From an uncultured Actinomycetes bacterium (GTDB taxonomy: Bacteria > Actinomycetota > Actinomycetes > Mycobacteriales > Jatrophihabitantaceae): a stretch of DNA of 64,000 nt. The stretch covers positions 49,730 to 113,729 of the forward strand of contig CAWHCD010000008.1 of assembly GCA_963828015.1 (NCBI GenBank). Direction: 5' to 3'. Of this stretch, positions 26,352 through 35,240 are shown one piece after another (the stretch's first letter is position 1; the number at the start of each line of letters is the position of its first letter). The position numbers were made by a program, and so were the translations under genes. The notes under the pieces are model-generated. The model was not told where the DNA came from, did not search any database, and saw only the letters and a list, made by a program, of their open reading frames with translations.

Positions 26352-27623
26352 ACGTCGGGCGGTCAGCGCTAGCCCCACGGCCAGCACCAAGGTCGGCGCG
26401 GCGGACAGGAACGGACTGAAGAGCACGTTCCAGAGCGTCCAGAAACTCAGGAACAGTAACAGCGCACTTGCCGCGCGCCGCGAAATCGATTCGGCCAGTC
26501 CGCGCACGACCAGGAACGCGATGTAGATGATCAACGCCAAACCGATGAGGCCGAAATGGGCCCAGACGTCGGCCGCGGTGGAGTGCAACTCGAAGTGGCC
26601 ACCGAACATGAACTGATCCACGTAGTTGTTGTTCGGGTCGTAGTGAATGTCTGACATCCCGGTCTTGGCCTGGAGCACCTCGGTCGGGGTCGGGGCCACA
26701 CCGACGCCGAAGCCGAACGGATGGTGCTTGAACAGCGCGATCGAGGCCGCCAGTTCGGGCCGCCCGCCCAGGATGAGGGAGCCCGATGCGTCGATCTGGG
26801 CCACCGTGCGTTCCTGGGCCGCCTTGCCGAGGTAGCCCCCGACCAACAGGGTCGTGCCCAAGTAGTAGATGACGATCGCCAGCCCGCCCATCATGGCGAC
26901 CGTCCACGTCCAGGACGCGCGGCGGGAGAGGATCCGTGGCCGCGCCTGCCAGACGACGAGGATGCCGGCGAGCAGGAAGGTGGCGAAGTAGGAGCGCGAG
27001 TCGGAGGTCACCGAGATGAGCGCGAGCACGACGAGCACGGCGAGTTCCCAGATGCGCCACCGGGGCCGGTTCACGCAGGACAGCGCGACGACGGCGACGG
27101 CGACGGCACCCCCGTATTTCCAGGGATTGGTCGAAAAGGCCGAGTCGGGCGAGACGGCCAGAGACCCGATCAGACCGAGTCCGTACCAGAAGCCGAGCCA
27201 GGCGGGTGACAGCGTGCGGCGGCTCCACAACACCACCGCGATTCCGGTCAGCGAGTTGACCATGAGCATCGTGTCGTCCAGGCTCAGCCCGCGTCCCACC
27301 CCGTGTTCGGGTTTGGCCAGTTCGCTCAGGACGAGTCCGGACGCCACGGTGAGCGCGCCCAGCAGCATCAACGGCCGGGCCCCGCGGTAGTCGCGCAGAA
27401 CCGGCAGCCAGAGCGGAGCCATCAGGATGGCGAGGACGCCGCCCACGGTGAAGGCCCCCGCGACGCCGCCCCCAAGGTGCTTGTCGACGCCGATCAGCAG
27501 GAGCGCGAACGCCGCGAGGTACTTCTCGGGCACGGTCGCCGCGGCTCGGGCGTCAGTGTCGACCGCCTCGGCGGGGTCGGAGAGGGGAGTCGTCGAGGGC
27601 GCGATCGTCGAGGTGGACTGCAC
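26238..27623 (-). CDS. O-antigen ligase/polymerase-like integral membrane protein (Wzy candidate)
   Basis: 461 aa, at least 10 predicted TM helices plus a large loop (...QIDASGSLILGGRPELAASIALFKHHPFGFGVG...), as in the Wzy_C/O-antigen ligase family. The 3' end overlaps the convergent GT gene by 114 bp. Confidence 0.7.
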   Translation of the reverse strand: MQSTSTIAPSTTPLSDPAEAVDTDARAAATVPEKYLAAFALLLIGVDKHLGGGVAGAFTVGGVLAILMAPLWLPVLRDYRGARPLMLLGALTVASGLVLSELAKPEHGVGRGLSLDDTMLMVNSLTGIAVVLWSRRTLSPAWLGFWYGLGLIGSLAVSPDSAFSTNPWKYGGAVAVAVVALSCVNRPRWRIWELAVLVVLALISVTSDSRSYFATFLLAGILVVWQARPRILSRRASWTWTVAMMGGLAIVIYYLGTTLLVGGYLGKAAQERTVAQIDASGSLILGGRPELAASIALFKHHPFGFGVGVAPTPTEVLQAKTGMSDIHYDPNNNYVDQFMFGGHFELHSTAADVWAHFGLIGLALIIYIAFLVVRGLAESISRRAASALLLFLSFWTLWNVLFSPFLSAAPTLVLAVGLALTARRSAGEQLDRPSEGGDVQLTDLGPAAGTEVRTTTLADPS

Positions 27624-27878
27624 CGGCCGACCCCCTCCGCACTACGCTACGCACACGGTGGCGCCGCCTGCGCGTACGCCCGAATGAGCTCCCTGATCGC
27701 CAGCCGTCCGGGCTAACGGTGAAAACGATGAGTCCCGATTCACCGCAACTTGGGCGTGCCGTCTAATATTAATGTTAACTGAACGCGAACAGCGTCTAAA
27801 GCGCGTGGTCGGGGCTTTCTATCAGGTATAGGCCCAAAACGAGCGGCGGCGACCGGTTGGAAAGGGGATGTGCAGTCC

Positions 27879-29605
27879 ATGGATCTGCGCACATATCTGG
27901 CTGCCGTTCGCAAGGGCTGGTGGATCGTCGCCGTCCTGACCGTGCTCGGCGCAATTGGCGGTTACGCCTATGCCGCCCATCAGACGCCGGTCTACGCCGC
28001 ACACGTGAGTTTCTACGTCAGCACGCCGTCGGCCAGCCAGGAGAACATCTTCTCCAACGGCCAGTTCGCCCAGGATCGGGCCACCTCTTACGCCGAACTG
28101 CTCAGTAGCGACAAGCTGGCCACACAGGTCGTGGCGGACGCGCCCGAACTCGGTCTCACGGCCGAGCAGGTCGCCAGCACGATCTCGGCCGCCGCCGATC
28201 TCAACACCGTGATCGTCAAGGCCACGATCAAGGACACCTCGCCGTCCCAGGCGCTCGCCATTGCCACTGCGGTCGGCAACGAGTTCCCCAAGATGATCGA
28301 CAGCCTCGACAATACCGCCGCCTCGGACTCGGTCACCTTGACCGTCGTGTCCGGCCCGTCGGTCTCCAGCGCGCCGGTCTCGCCCCGCAAGAGCGTCGAC
28401 ACCGCGATCGGCTTGGCGATCGGCTTCCTGCTCGGTCTGCTCATCGCGGTGCTGCGTGAGGCGCTCAACACGAGTGTGCGTGATGCCGACACCGCAGCCG
28501 AGGTCACCGGGGCGCCGGTTCTGGCCAATGTGCCGCTGGATCGCGACGCCAAGCGGTCGCCGCTGGTGGTCGGCGCCGACACCCGCTCCGCCCGCGCTGA
28601 AGCGCTGCGCCAACTACGAACGAACCTCGAGTTCATCGACGCTGCGCGCCCGGCCAAGGTCATCACGATCACGTCTTCGATCGTGTCCGAGGGTAAGTCG
28701 GCAACTACCGCCAACCTCGCGGTCGTCCTAGCTGAGGCCGGGCGCCGGGTATTGGTCATCGAGGCCGACCTGCGCCGCCCGCACGTCAGCGAGTACTTCG
28801 GACTCGAGCGGGCCATCGGGCTATCGAACGTGCTGGCCGGACAGGTCGAGGCGGACGCCGCGATCCAGTCCTGGGACCCGGGACGCATCGACGTGCTGGC
28901 CAGTGGGACCTTGCCGCCCAACCCGTCGGAGCTGCTCGGCAGCCCGGCGATGGCCCGGTTGCTGGCCGGGGTGCGTGAGCGTTACGACATCGTGCTGCTC
29001 GATACCCCGCCGCTGCTGCCGGTTACCGACGCCGCTGTGTTGGCCGTGGTGTCCGACGGCGTGATCATCGTCGTGCGGCACGGCAAGACCAAGCGGTCGC
29101 AGTTGGCCGCCGCGACGAAGTTGCTGTCCTCGGTCGGCGCCCACGTGATCGGGGTCGTGCTGAACATGAAGCCGACCGGGCGGCTGGCCAGCACCAAATA
29201 CGGCTACTACTACGAGGACAAACCGGCGTCGTCGATCGAGACCGTACCGGTGGCCGAGGTCGCCGGCGGCATGGTCGTCGTCATGGATGCCGAAGTGGTC
29301 GACGTGTTGCCTGCTGCCGCGGAGCCCGAGCCCGAGCCTGACGAGGTGCCCGAGCCCGAGGTTGACGAGGTGCCTGAGCCCGAGCCCGAGGTTGACGAGG
29401 TGCCTGAGCCCGAGCCGAGATCGAGCCCGAGGTTGACGAGGTGCCCGAGCCCGAGCCTGAGGCCGAGATCGACTTTGCGGAACCGATCGAGGAGCGCGTA
29501 CCCGAGCCGGCCATGGCCTCGCTCGCAGCGAGCGAGGTCACGATGGTCTCCCAGCGTCGAACGCGAGTCCGCGTGCGTAACCAGATCAACCGCGGCGTCA
29601 GCTGA
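27879..29605 (+). CDS. polysaccharide co-polymerase / tyrosine autokinase (Wzz + BY-kinase) with acidic repeat tail; apparent 1-nt deletion near 29415
   Basis: N-terminal Wzz domain with two TM helices. Walker A SEGKSATTANLA, A' VLVIEADLRRP, B DIVLLDTPP, and Tyr cluster KYGYYYED (29196-29219). The start is ATG 27879 (SD aaagggga at 27861-27868) or GTG 27870. After gagccgagatc at 29412-29422 the sensible frame shifts and ends at TGA 29603-29605. The as-sequenced ORF instead runs to 30173, antisense to the phosphatase gene. Confidence 0.8.
29322..29470 (+). repeat. imperfect tandem ~30-bp repeats encoding (E/D)VPEPEPE units
   Basis: gttgacgaggtgcc(t/c)gagcccgagcc(c/t)gag occurs three to four times. 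The frameshift site lies inside the array. Confidence 0.8.
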
Positions 29606-29639
29606 GCTGAGTGCCTCGGCCCGGCCGGCCCTCCAGCGG

Positions 29640-30206
29640 TCAGGGCGTGCCCGCCCCGATCGTCTTGGTGGCGGCGTCGATCTGCTCGGCGCAGTTGCGC
29701 AACGTCCGGCGAGCCCGGCCGGCTGGATCCTTCACCTCATCGCGTCCGACGTCGATCGGTTGCAGCCGTGGCCGGGCCGCGAGTGCCCGTTCCAACAGCC
29801 GGGAGCCATCCGACACGGGCGGCGCGGCCTGGGCGAGTCGGGCGAATTGGAGCAGCAGGAAGGTCCGTCCGAGGGCCGCGGGCTCGAGCGTCACGACGGC
29901 CCGGCGGTGCGATTCGTCGGCGGCCAGGATCAGGTCGGCAGCGCGAATCCGTGGCGTCGTGAGTCGACTGGAGCTCCAGCCCGAGACGGTGATGCCGCGT
30001 TCGGCCAGCAGCGCGCTCACCGCCGGGTCCAGGCCGTTGCCTTCCTCGGCCAGGACGCCCGCGGAGCTGATCTCCCAGCTGGGATCGCTCGCGCGGCGCA
30101 GCAAATGCTCGGCCAGCGGGGAGCGGTAGCGGTTGGCTGTGCAGACCATCAGGACACGGAAATGAGGAGCTAGCGGGTCGCCGTCCACCCCAAGATCATA
30201 GCGCAA
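29640..30206 (-). CDS. low-molecular-weight protein-tyrosine phosphatase
   Basis: 188 aa. P-loop VLMVCTANRYRSP (CX5R-S) and a downstream DP (EVKDPAG). Convergent with the BY-kinase, the usual kinase/phosphatase pairing. Confidence 0.85.
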   Translation of the reverse strand: MRYDLGVDGDPLAPHFRVLMVCTANRYRSPLAEHLLRRASDPSWEISSAGVLAEEGNGLDPAVSALLAERGITVSGWSSSRLTTPRIRAADLILAADESHRRAVVTLEPAALGRTFLLLQFARLAQAAPPVSDGSRLLERALAARPRLQPIDVGRDEVKDPAGRARRTLRNCAEQIDAATKTIGAGTP

Positions 30207-30290
30207 TGTCAGGTATTGGTCGAATGTCGGGCCATCTGGGTATACGTAGAGTTAACGCCAGGCGATTCCCGTGATATCGTGATGCTTCGC

Positions 30291-30307
30291 TGATTCGGGG
30301 GAATCAT
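30291..30307 (+). promoter_or_regulatory. GGGG-loop hairpin/SD element upstream of the tagD-like gene
   Basis: TGATTC-GGGG-GAATCA(T), an exact copy of 14510-14526, lying 5 nt upstream of ATG 30312 in an AT-richer divergent spacer. Confidence 0.5.
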
Positions 30308-30311
30308 TATT

Positions 30312-30743
30312 ATGAGCGAGCGTGTGGGCTACGTGCCTGGCATCTTCGACATGTTTCATGTCGGTCATCTGAACATCCTGCGCAACGCCCGGCTGGTGTG
30401 CGATCACCTCATCGCCGGCGTGGTCTCCGACGACTTGTCGACCAAGGTCAAGGGCAAGATGCCCATCGTGCCGCTCAACGAGCGTCTCGAGGTGGTCCGG
30501 TCGATCCGCTACGTCGATGAGGCCGTCGAAGAGGACGTCGCCGAAAAGCTTGATATGTGGGAGCGCCTGCATTTCAACGTGATCATCAAGGGCGATGACT
30601 GGCGGGGCACGGCCAAGGGCGACAAGCTCGAACGCGACTTCGCCTCGGTCGGCGTCGAGGTCGTCTACCTGCCCTACACGGTGCACACCTCCAGTACGAA
30701 GTTGCGGCAGGTCCTCGACCGCCAAATTGCCGCATCGCGCTGA
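30312..30743 (+). CDS. tagD: glycerol-3-phosphate cytidylyltransferase-like (TagD family)
   Basis: 143 aa. GIFDMFHVGHLNIL (HxGH), IRYVDE, GDDW and VVYLPYT..SSTKLR align well with my memory of B. subtilis TagD. Confidence 0.85.
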   Translation: MSERVGYVPGIFDMFHVGHLNILRNARLVCDHLIAGVVSDDLSTKVKGKMPIVPLNERLEVVRSIRYVDEAVEEDVAEKLDMWERLHFNVIIKGDDWRGTAKGDKLERDFASVGVEVVYLPYTVHTSSTKLRQVLDRQIAASR

Positions 30744-30798
30744 GCCCTCGTCCCACGGCGACAACGTCGGTGCCCGCGGCGAACTAGGCTGTACCTAA

Positions 30799-30829
30799 CC
30801 CCTGGCCGTTCTCGGCTGTGGGGCTTTTC
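30799..30829 (+). terminator. intrinsic terminator candidate between the tagD-like gene and mfd
   Basis: cccctggccg-ttct-cggctgtgggg forms a stem of about 10 bp with two G-U pairs and one bulge, followed by cttttc. Confidence 0.5.
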
Positions 30830-30853
30830 GTGCTGCCTGATAAGGGGAATGCC

Positions 30854-33800
30854 ATGAGTCTGGCCGGCTTGCTGCCCGCTGCCCGCACCGATCCGGTACT
30901 GGCGGCGGTCACCGACCCGGCGGCGCTCGCGCAGCCGCTGGTTGCCCCGGCAGCGCTGCAGCCGTTGCTGGCCGCGGCTCTGAGTTCGCCGGGTCGCGTC
31001 GTCCTGGCGGTGACCAGCACCGGGCGCGAGGCCGACGATCTGGCCCAGGCCCTGCGCGGCCTGCTGCCGGCCGATCAGGTCGCGGTCTACCCCGGTTGGG
31101 AGACCTTGCCCCACGAACGTCTCTCGCCCCGCGCCGACACGGTCGGTCAGCGACTAGCCGTGTTGCGCCGCCTGGCCCACCCCTCGACCGACGACCCCAC
31201 CACCGGGCCGCTCGCGGTCGTCGTGGCTCCGGTGCGCGCCGTGCTGCAGCCGCAGGCGCCCGGACTGGGTGAGCTCGAGCCGGTGAGCCTGCGCGCCGGT
31301 GACACCGACCGTGACCTCGGCGCAGTGGTCGCCGACCTGGTCGGCGCCGGCTACGCACGCTCAGAACTGGTGGAGAAGCGGGGAGATTTCGCCGTACGGG
31401 GCGGCATCTTGGACGTTTTTCCGCCGACCGAACAGCACCCGCTGCGGGTCGAGTTCTGGGGTGAGGACGTCGAGGAGATCCGCTACTTCAAGGTCGCCGA
31501 CCAGCGCTCGCTCGAGGTCGCCGAACACGGGCTCTGGGCGGCGCCGTGTCGTGAGTTGCTGTTGACCCCGGACGTCCAGCAGCGCGCGGCCGCGTTGTTG
31601 GCCGAGCACCCTGAACTGGGCGAGCTGCTCGACCCCATCAGCCGCGGTGAAGCCGTCGAAGGAATGGAGGCTCTCGCTCCGGTACTCGTCGACGGTCTGC
31701 GTCTGGTGCTCGACGAACTGCCGCCCGGGACGCAGATTCTCATCTGCGATCCCGAGCGCGTGCGCGGGCGTGCCGTTGACCTGGTGCGGACGTCGGCGGA
31801 GTTCCTTGACGCCTCGTGGGCGGCCGCGGCCGGCGGGGGAGTCGCTCCCATTGACCTCGGGGCGGCCTCGCTGGTGGACCTGGCCGACGCGCAGGCGCGT
31901 GCCGACCAACTCGGGCTGGGCTGGTGGGGCACCGGACCGTTCGGGCCCGACGACGGCCCGGTGACGACGTTCGAGGCCGCGCCGGCCTACCGCGGCGATC
32001 TCGATGCCGCCATGGAAGACCTGCGGCGGTGGACCCGCGAGGGGTGGCAGGTGCTGCTGGTCTTCGACGGCCCGGGATCGGCCGATCGGGCCGCCGAACG
32101 GCTCAGCGCAGCCGAGATCCCCGCCCGCCGGGTCGCCGACGTGAGCGATCTTCGTGGCGTCGTCCAGCTCACCACGGGCCGGCTGGAGGGTGGTCTGGTC
32201 TCGGACTCGTTGAAGCTGGCCTGGCTGACCGAGGCCGATCTGACCGGCCAGCGCGGCTCGCTGACGCGCGACACCAGCCGGATGCCTTCGCGGCGCCGCA
32301 ACGCGATCGACCCGATCAAGCTCGAGCCGGGCGATTTCGTCGTGCACGAACAGCATGGCGTCGGGCGCTACCTCGAGATGGTGCGCCGCAGCGTCAACGG
32401 CGGGGAACGCGAGTATCTGATCATCGAGTACGCGCCGGCCAAGAAGGGTCAGCCGGGCGACCGGTTGTTCGTGCCGACCGATGCTCTGGACCAGGTCACC
32501 AAGTACGTCGGCGGCGAGGCCCCGTCGCTCTCGCGTCTCGGTGGGGCCGACTGGGCCAAGACCAAGGGCCGGGCTCGCAAGGCGGTCAAGGAGATCGCCG
32601 CCGAGTTGATCCGGCTCTACAGCGCCCGCATGGCGACCAGTGGCTATGCGTTCGGCCCGGACACGCCCTGGCAGCGCGAGTTGGAGGATGCGTTCCCCTA
32701 CGTGGAGACGCCCGACCAGCTGGCGGCGATCGATGAGGTCAAGGCCGACATGGAGAAGTCGATCCCCATGGACCGGGTGATCTGCGGCGATGTCGGGTAC
32801 GGCAAGACCGAGGTGGCGGTGCGGGCCGCGTTCAAGGCGGTCCAGGACGGCAAGCAGGTCGCCCTGCTCGTGCCGACCACGCTCTTGGCCCACCAGCACC
32901 TGCAGACCTTTCAGGATCGGATGGCTCAATTCCCGGTGACGATCAAGGCGTTGTCGCGTTTCACGGCCAAGAGCGAGGCCGATCAGACGATGACCGGGAT
33001 CGCCGGGGGCAGCGTCGATATCGTTATCGGGACGCACCGGATCCTGCAGCAGACGGTCCGGTTCAAGTCCCTCGGACTCGTGATCATCGACGAGGAGCAA
33101 CGGTTCGGCGTCGAGCACAAGGAGTACCTCAAGTCGCTGCGGACCGAGGTCGATGTGCTGACGATGTCGGCCACGCCGATCCCGCGCACCCTGGAGATGT
33201 CCCTGACCGGCATCCGGGAGATGACGACGATTCTGACCCCGCCCGAGGACCGCCACCCCATCCTGACCTTCGTCGGGGCGCACGACAACAAGCAGATCGG
33301 CGCGGCGGTTCGCCGCGAGTTGTTGCGTGACGGCCAGGTCTTCTACATCCACAACCGGGTCGAGTCGATCAACCGCGCGGCCGCCCGGCTGGCCGAGCTC
33401 GTCCCAGAGGCGCGGATCGCCGTCGCCCACGGCCAAATGGGGGAGGACGCCCTCGAACAGATCATGGTCGGCTTCTGGGAGCGCAAGTTCGATGTCCTGG
33501 TCTCTACGACGATTGTCGAGTCCGGGTTGGACATTCCCAATGCCAATACCTTGATCGTCGAGCGGGCCGACATGTTCGGCCTGTCCCAGCTGCATCAGCT
33601 ACGGGGCCGGGTCGGGCGGGCCCGTGAGCGCGGGTACGCCTACTTCCTCTACCCACCCGAGAAGCCGTTGACCGAGACGGCCTATGACCGGTTGGCGACC
33701 ATCGCCCAGCACACCGAGCTCGGGGCCGGCATGGCTGTCGCCCTGAAGGATCTGGAGATCCGCGGGGCCGGCAATCTACTTGGCGGCGAGCAGGCCGGGC

Positions 33801-34375
33801 ACATCGCCGGGGTCGGCTTCGATCTGTACGTACGGCTGGTCGGTGAGGCAGTCGCGGACTTCCGCGGCGAGAGCGCGGCGGAGCAGACCGAGGTCAAGGT
33901 CGAGCTGCCGATCGACGCGAACTTGCCGGTCGAGTACCTGCCGGGCGAGCGACTGCGGCTGGAGGCCTACCGAGCGCTGGCCGCCGCGACCACCGATGCC
34001 AAGGTCGACGCGGTGCGCGCCGAGTTGCTGGACCGGTTCGGCCCATTGCCGGGCGCGGTCGAGAATCTGCTGGCCGTGGCGCGATTCCGCGTTCTCTGTC
34101 GTGCGCATGGCATCACCGAGGTGTCTCTGCAGGGCAACACCATTCGCTTCGGCCCGGTGAATCTGGCTGAGTCGGCGCAGCTGCGGCTGCAGCGTCTCTA
34201 CGACAAGTCACTTTATAAGCAGGCGGTCTCGACGATGGCCGTGCCCCGGCCGAAGGGTGTGCTCAAGCCGGACGGGTCGTTTGCGGTCGCGAAGTTCGGC
34301 GGCGAGGCTCTGCGCGACGTGGCGTTGTTGAACTGGTGTGCAGAGGTGCTGGCCCAGATCGTGCCGATCGACTAG
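30854..34375 (+). CDS. mfd: transcription-repair coupling factor
   Basis: About 1,173 aa from ATG 30854 (SD aagggga at 30842-30848). [10 protein letters not shown] helicase motif I, DEEQRFGV motif II, RGRVGR motif VI, and a TRG/CarD-like region ([12 protein letters not shown]). Confidence 0.95.
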   Translation: MSLAGLLPAARTDPVLAAVTDPAALAQPLVAPAALQPLLAAALSSPGRVVLAVTSTGREADDLAQALRGLLPADQVAVYPGWETLPHERLSPRADTVGQRLAVLRRLAHPSTDDPTTGPLAVVVAPVRAVLQPQAPGLGELEPVSLRAGDTDRDLGAVVADLVGAGYARSELVEKRGDFAVRGGILDVFPPTEQHPLRVEFWGEDVEEIRYFKVADQRSLEVAEHGLWAAPCRELLLTPDVQQRAAALLAEHPELGELLDPISRGEAVEGMEALAPVLVDGLRLVLDELPPGTQILICDPERVRGRAVDLVRTSAEFLDASWAAAAGGGVAPIDLGAASLVDLADAQARADQLGLGWWGTGPFGPDDGPVTTFEAAPAYRGDLDAAMEDLRRWTREGWQVLLVFDGPGSADRAAERLSAAEIPARRVADVSDLRGVVQLTTGRLEGGLVSDSLKLAWLTEADLTGQRGSLTRDTSRMPSRRRNAIDPIKLEPGDFVVHEQHGVGRYLEMVRRSVNGGEREYLIIEYAPAKKGQPGDRLFVPTDALDQVTKYVGGEAPSLSRLGGADWAKTKGRARKAVKEIAAELIRLYSARMATSGYAFGPDTPWQRELEDAFPYVETPDQLAAIDEVKADMEKSIPMDRVICGDVGYGKTEVAVRAAFKAVQDGKQVALLVPTTLLAHQHLQTFQDRMAQFPVTIKALSRFTAKSEADQTMTGIAGGSVDIVIGTHRILQQTVRFKSLGLVIIDEEQRFGVEHKEYLKSLRTEVDVLTMSATPIPRTLEMSLTGIREMTTILTPPEDRHPILTFVGAHDNKQIGAAVRRELLRDGQVFYIHNRVESINRAAARLAELVPEARIAVAHGQMGEDALEQIMVGFWERKFDVLVSTTIVESGLDIPNANTLIVERADMFGLSQLHQLRGRVGRARERGYAYFLYPPEKPLTETAYDRLATIAQHTELGAGMAVALKDLEIRGAGNLLGGEQAGHIAGVGFDLYVRLVGEAVADFRGESAAEQTEVKVELPIDANLPVEYLPGERLRLEAYRALAAATTDAKVDAVRAELLDRFGPLPGAVENLLAVARFRVLCRAHGITEVSLQGNTIRFGPVNLAESAQLRLQRLYDKSLYKQAVSTMAVPRPKGVLKPDGSFAVAKFGGEALRDVALLNWCAEVLAQIVPID

Positions 34376-35223
34376 CCGCGTACGGCGCTGACCAGGTCGT
34401 CGATCTCGAGTAACTCATCAGTGCGGGCGACGAGTTCAAACGCGCCATCGCGCTTGCGGTACAGCCCTGCGCGCTCGTCGATGCCCTTGATGCGGGGATT
34501 GTCGACGACCAGCAGGTGGCCGCCCTCCCTGAGGCTCAGGAACAGCGCCTGGAGCGCGGCACTGATGTCGGCGTCGCTGAAGTACAACCGCCGCAGCAGG
34601 TTGGCCACCTTGATCACGTCCGGGGTGGTTCCCGTCCATGGCGTGAAGATGTCGTGCACGGCGAACGTGACTCGCGGATCGCGCGCGATCAGCGCGCGGA
34701 CCTCGGGGTTGAGCAGGAGCACCTCCTGGGCCGGGTAGCGCTGAGCGCGTCGCACGAGGGGCGTCGCCAGCAGGTCGACGGCTTTGGAGCGAGCCGGCCA
34801 GGCGACGGTGCGCGAACCTACGACCAGGATGCATCGGCCGTTGGCGTCGAAGAACAGCGTGCGTTTGCCGACCCGGCGCGCTGAGATGGACAGGAAGAGG
34901 TCGGCGATCACGTACGACGCGAACCCGGGTAACTGCTCGATCAACTCCAGCGACGTGGAGCCGTCCGAGGCCCCGATATCGACGATGTGGGCGGCCCTGA
35001 CGTCGACGTAGTCGATCAGCATCGAGTCGCCGCCACCATGGCGCTTGGTCCCGGTGATCTTCATCGTCTGCCCGGCGTCGATCGCCGACATCGCCCGCCG
35101 GAAGTCGTCGGCGGAGACATCCTCGTCGAGGATCACCCGCGGATCGATCCAGAAGAATCGCGCCGCCCGCTCTTCGATGGGCCCCGGCCAGCGACCGGAG
35201 AGTGGACGAATAGGTGCGCGCAT
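34372..35223 (-). CDS. putative class I SAM-dependent methyltransferase-like protein
   Basis: 283 aa. [15 protein letters not shown] resembles SAM motif [17 protein letters not shown]...LREGGHLLV resembles the CheR-type post-I/III region. Last gene of the DUF4012 operon. Function is tentative. Confidence 0.55.
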   Translation of the reverse strand: MRAPIRPLSGRWPGPIEERAARFFWIDPRVILDEDVSADDFRRAMSAIDAGQTMKITGTKRHGGGDSMLIDYVDVRAAHIVDIGASDGSTSLELIEQLPGFASYVIADLFLSISARRVGKRTLFFDANGRCILVVGSRTVAWPARSKAVDLLATPLVRRAQRYPAQEVLLLNPEVRALIARDPRVTFAVHDIFTPWTGTTPDVIKVANLLRRLYFSDADISAALQALFLSLREGGHLLVVDNPRIKGIDERAGLYRKRDGAFELVARTDELLEIDDLVSAVRG

Positions 35224-35240
35224 TGGGATAGTTTAGTCGC

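Noticed and set aside
29606-30173. C-terminal 190-aa extension of the BY-kinase ORF as given in the track (27870..30173)
   Set aside because: It runs antisense through the well-supported LMW-PTP gene and encodes Arg/Ser/Pro-rich low-complexity sequence. It arises only after an apparent 1-nt deletion in the PE repeat. The corrected frame stops at 29605.
31361-33595. 744-aa minus-strand ORF
   Set aside because: It lies antisense to mfd, which carries all helicase motifs. Its composition is shadow-ORF-like.
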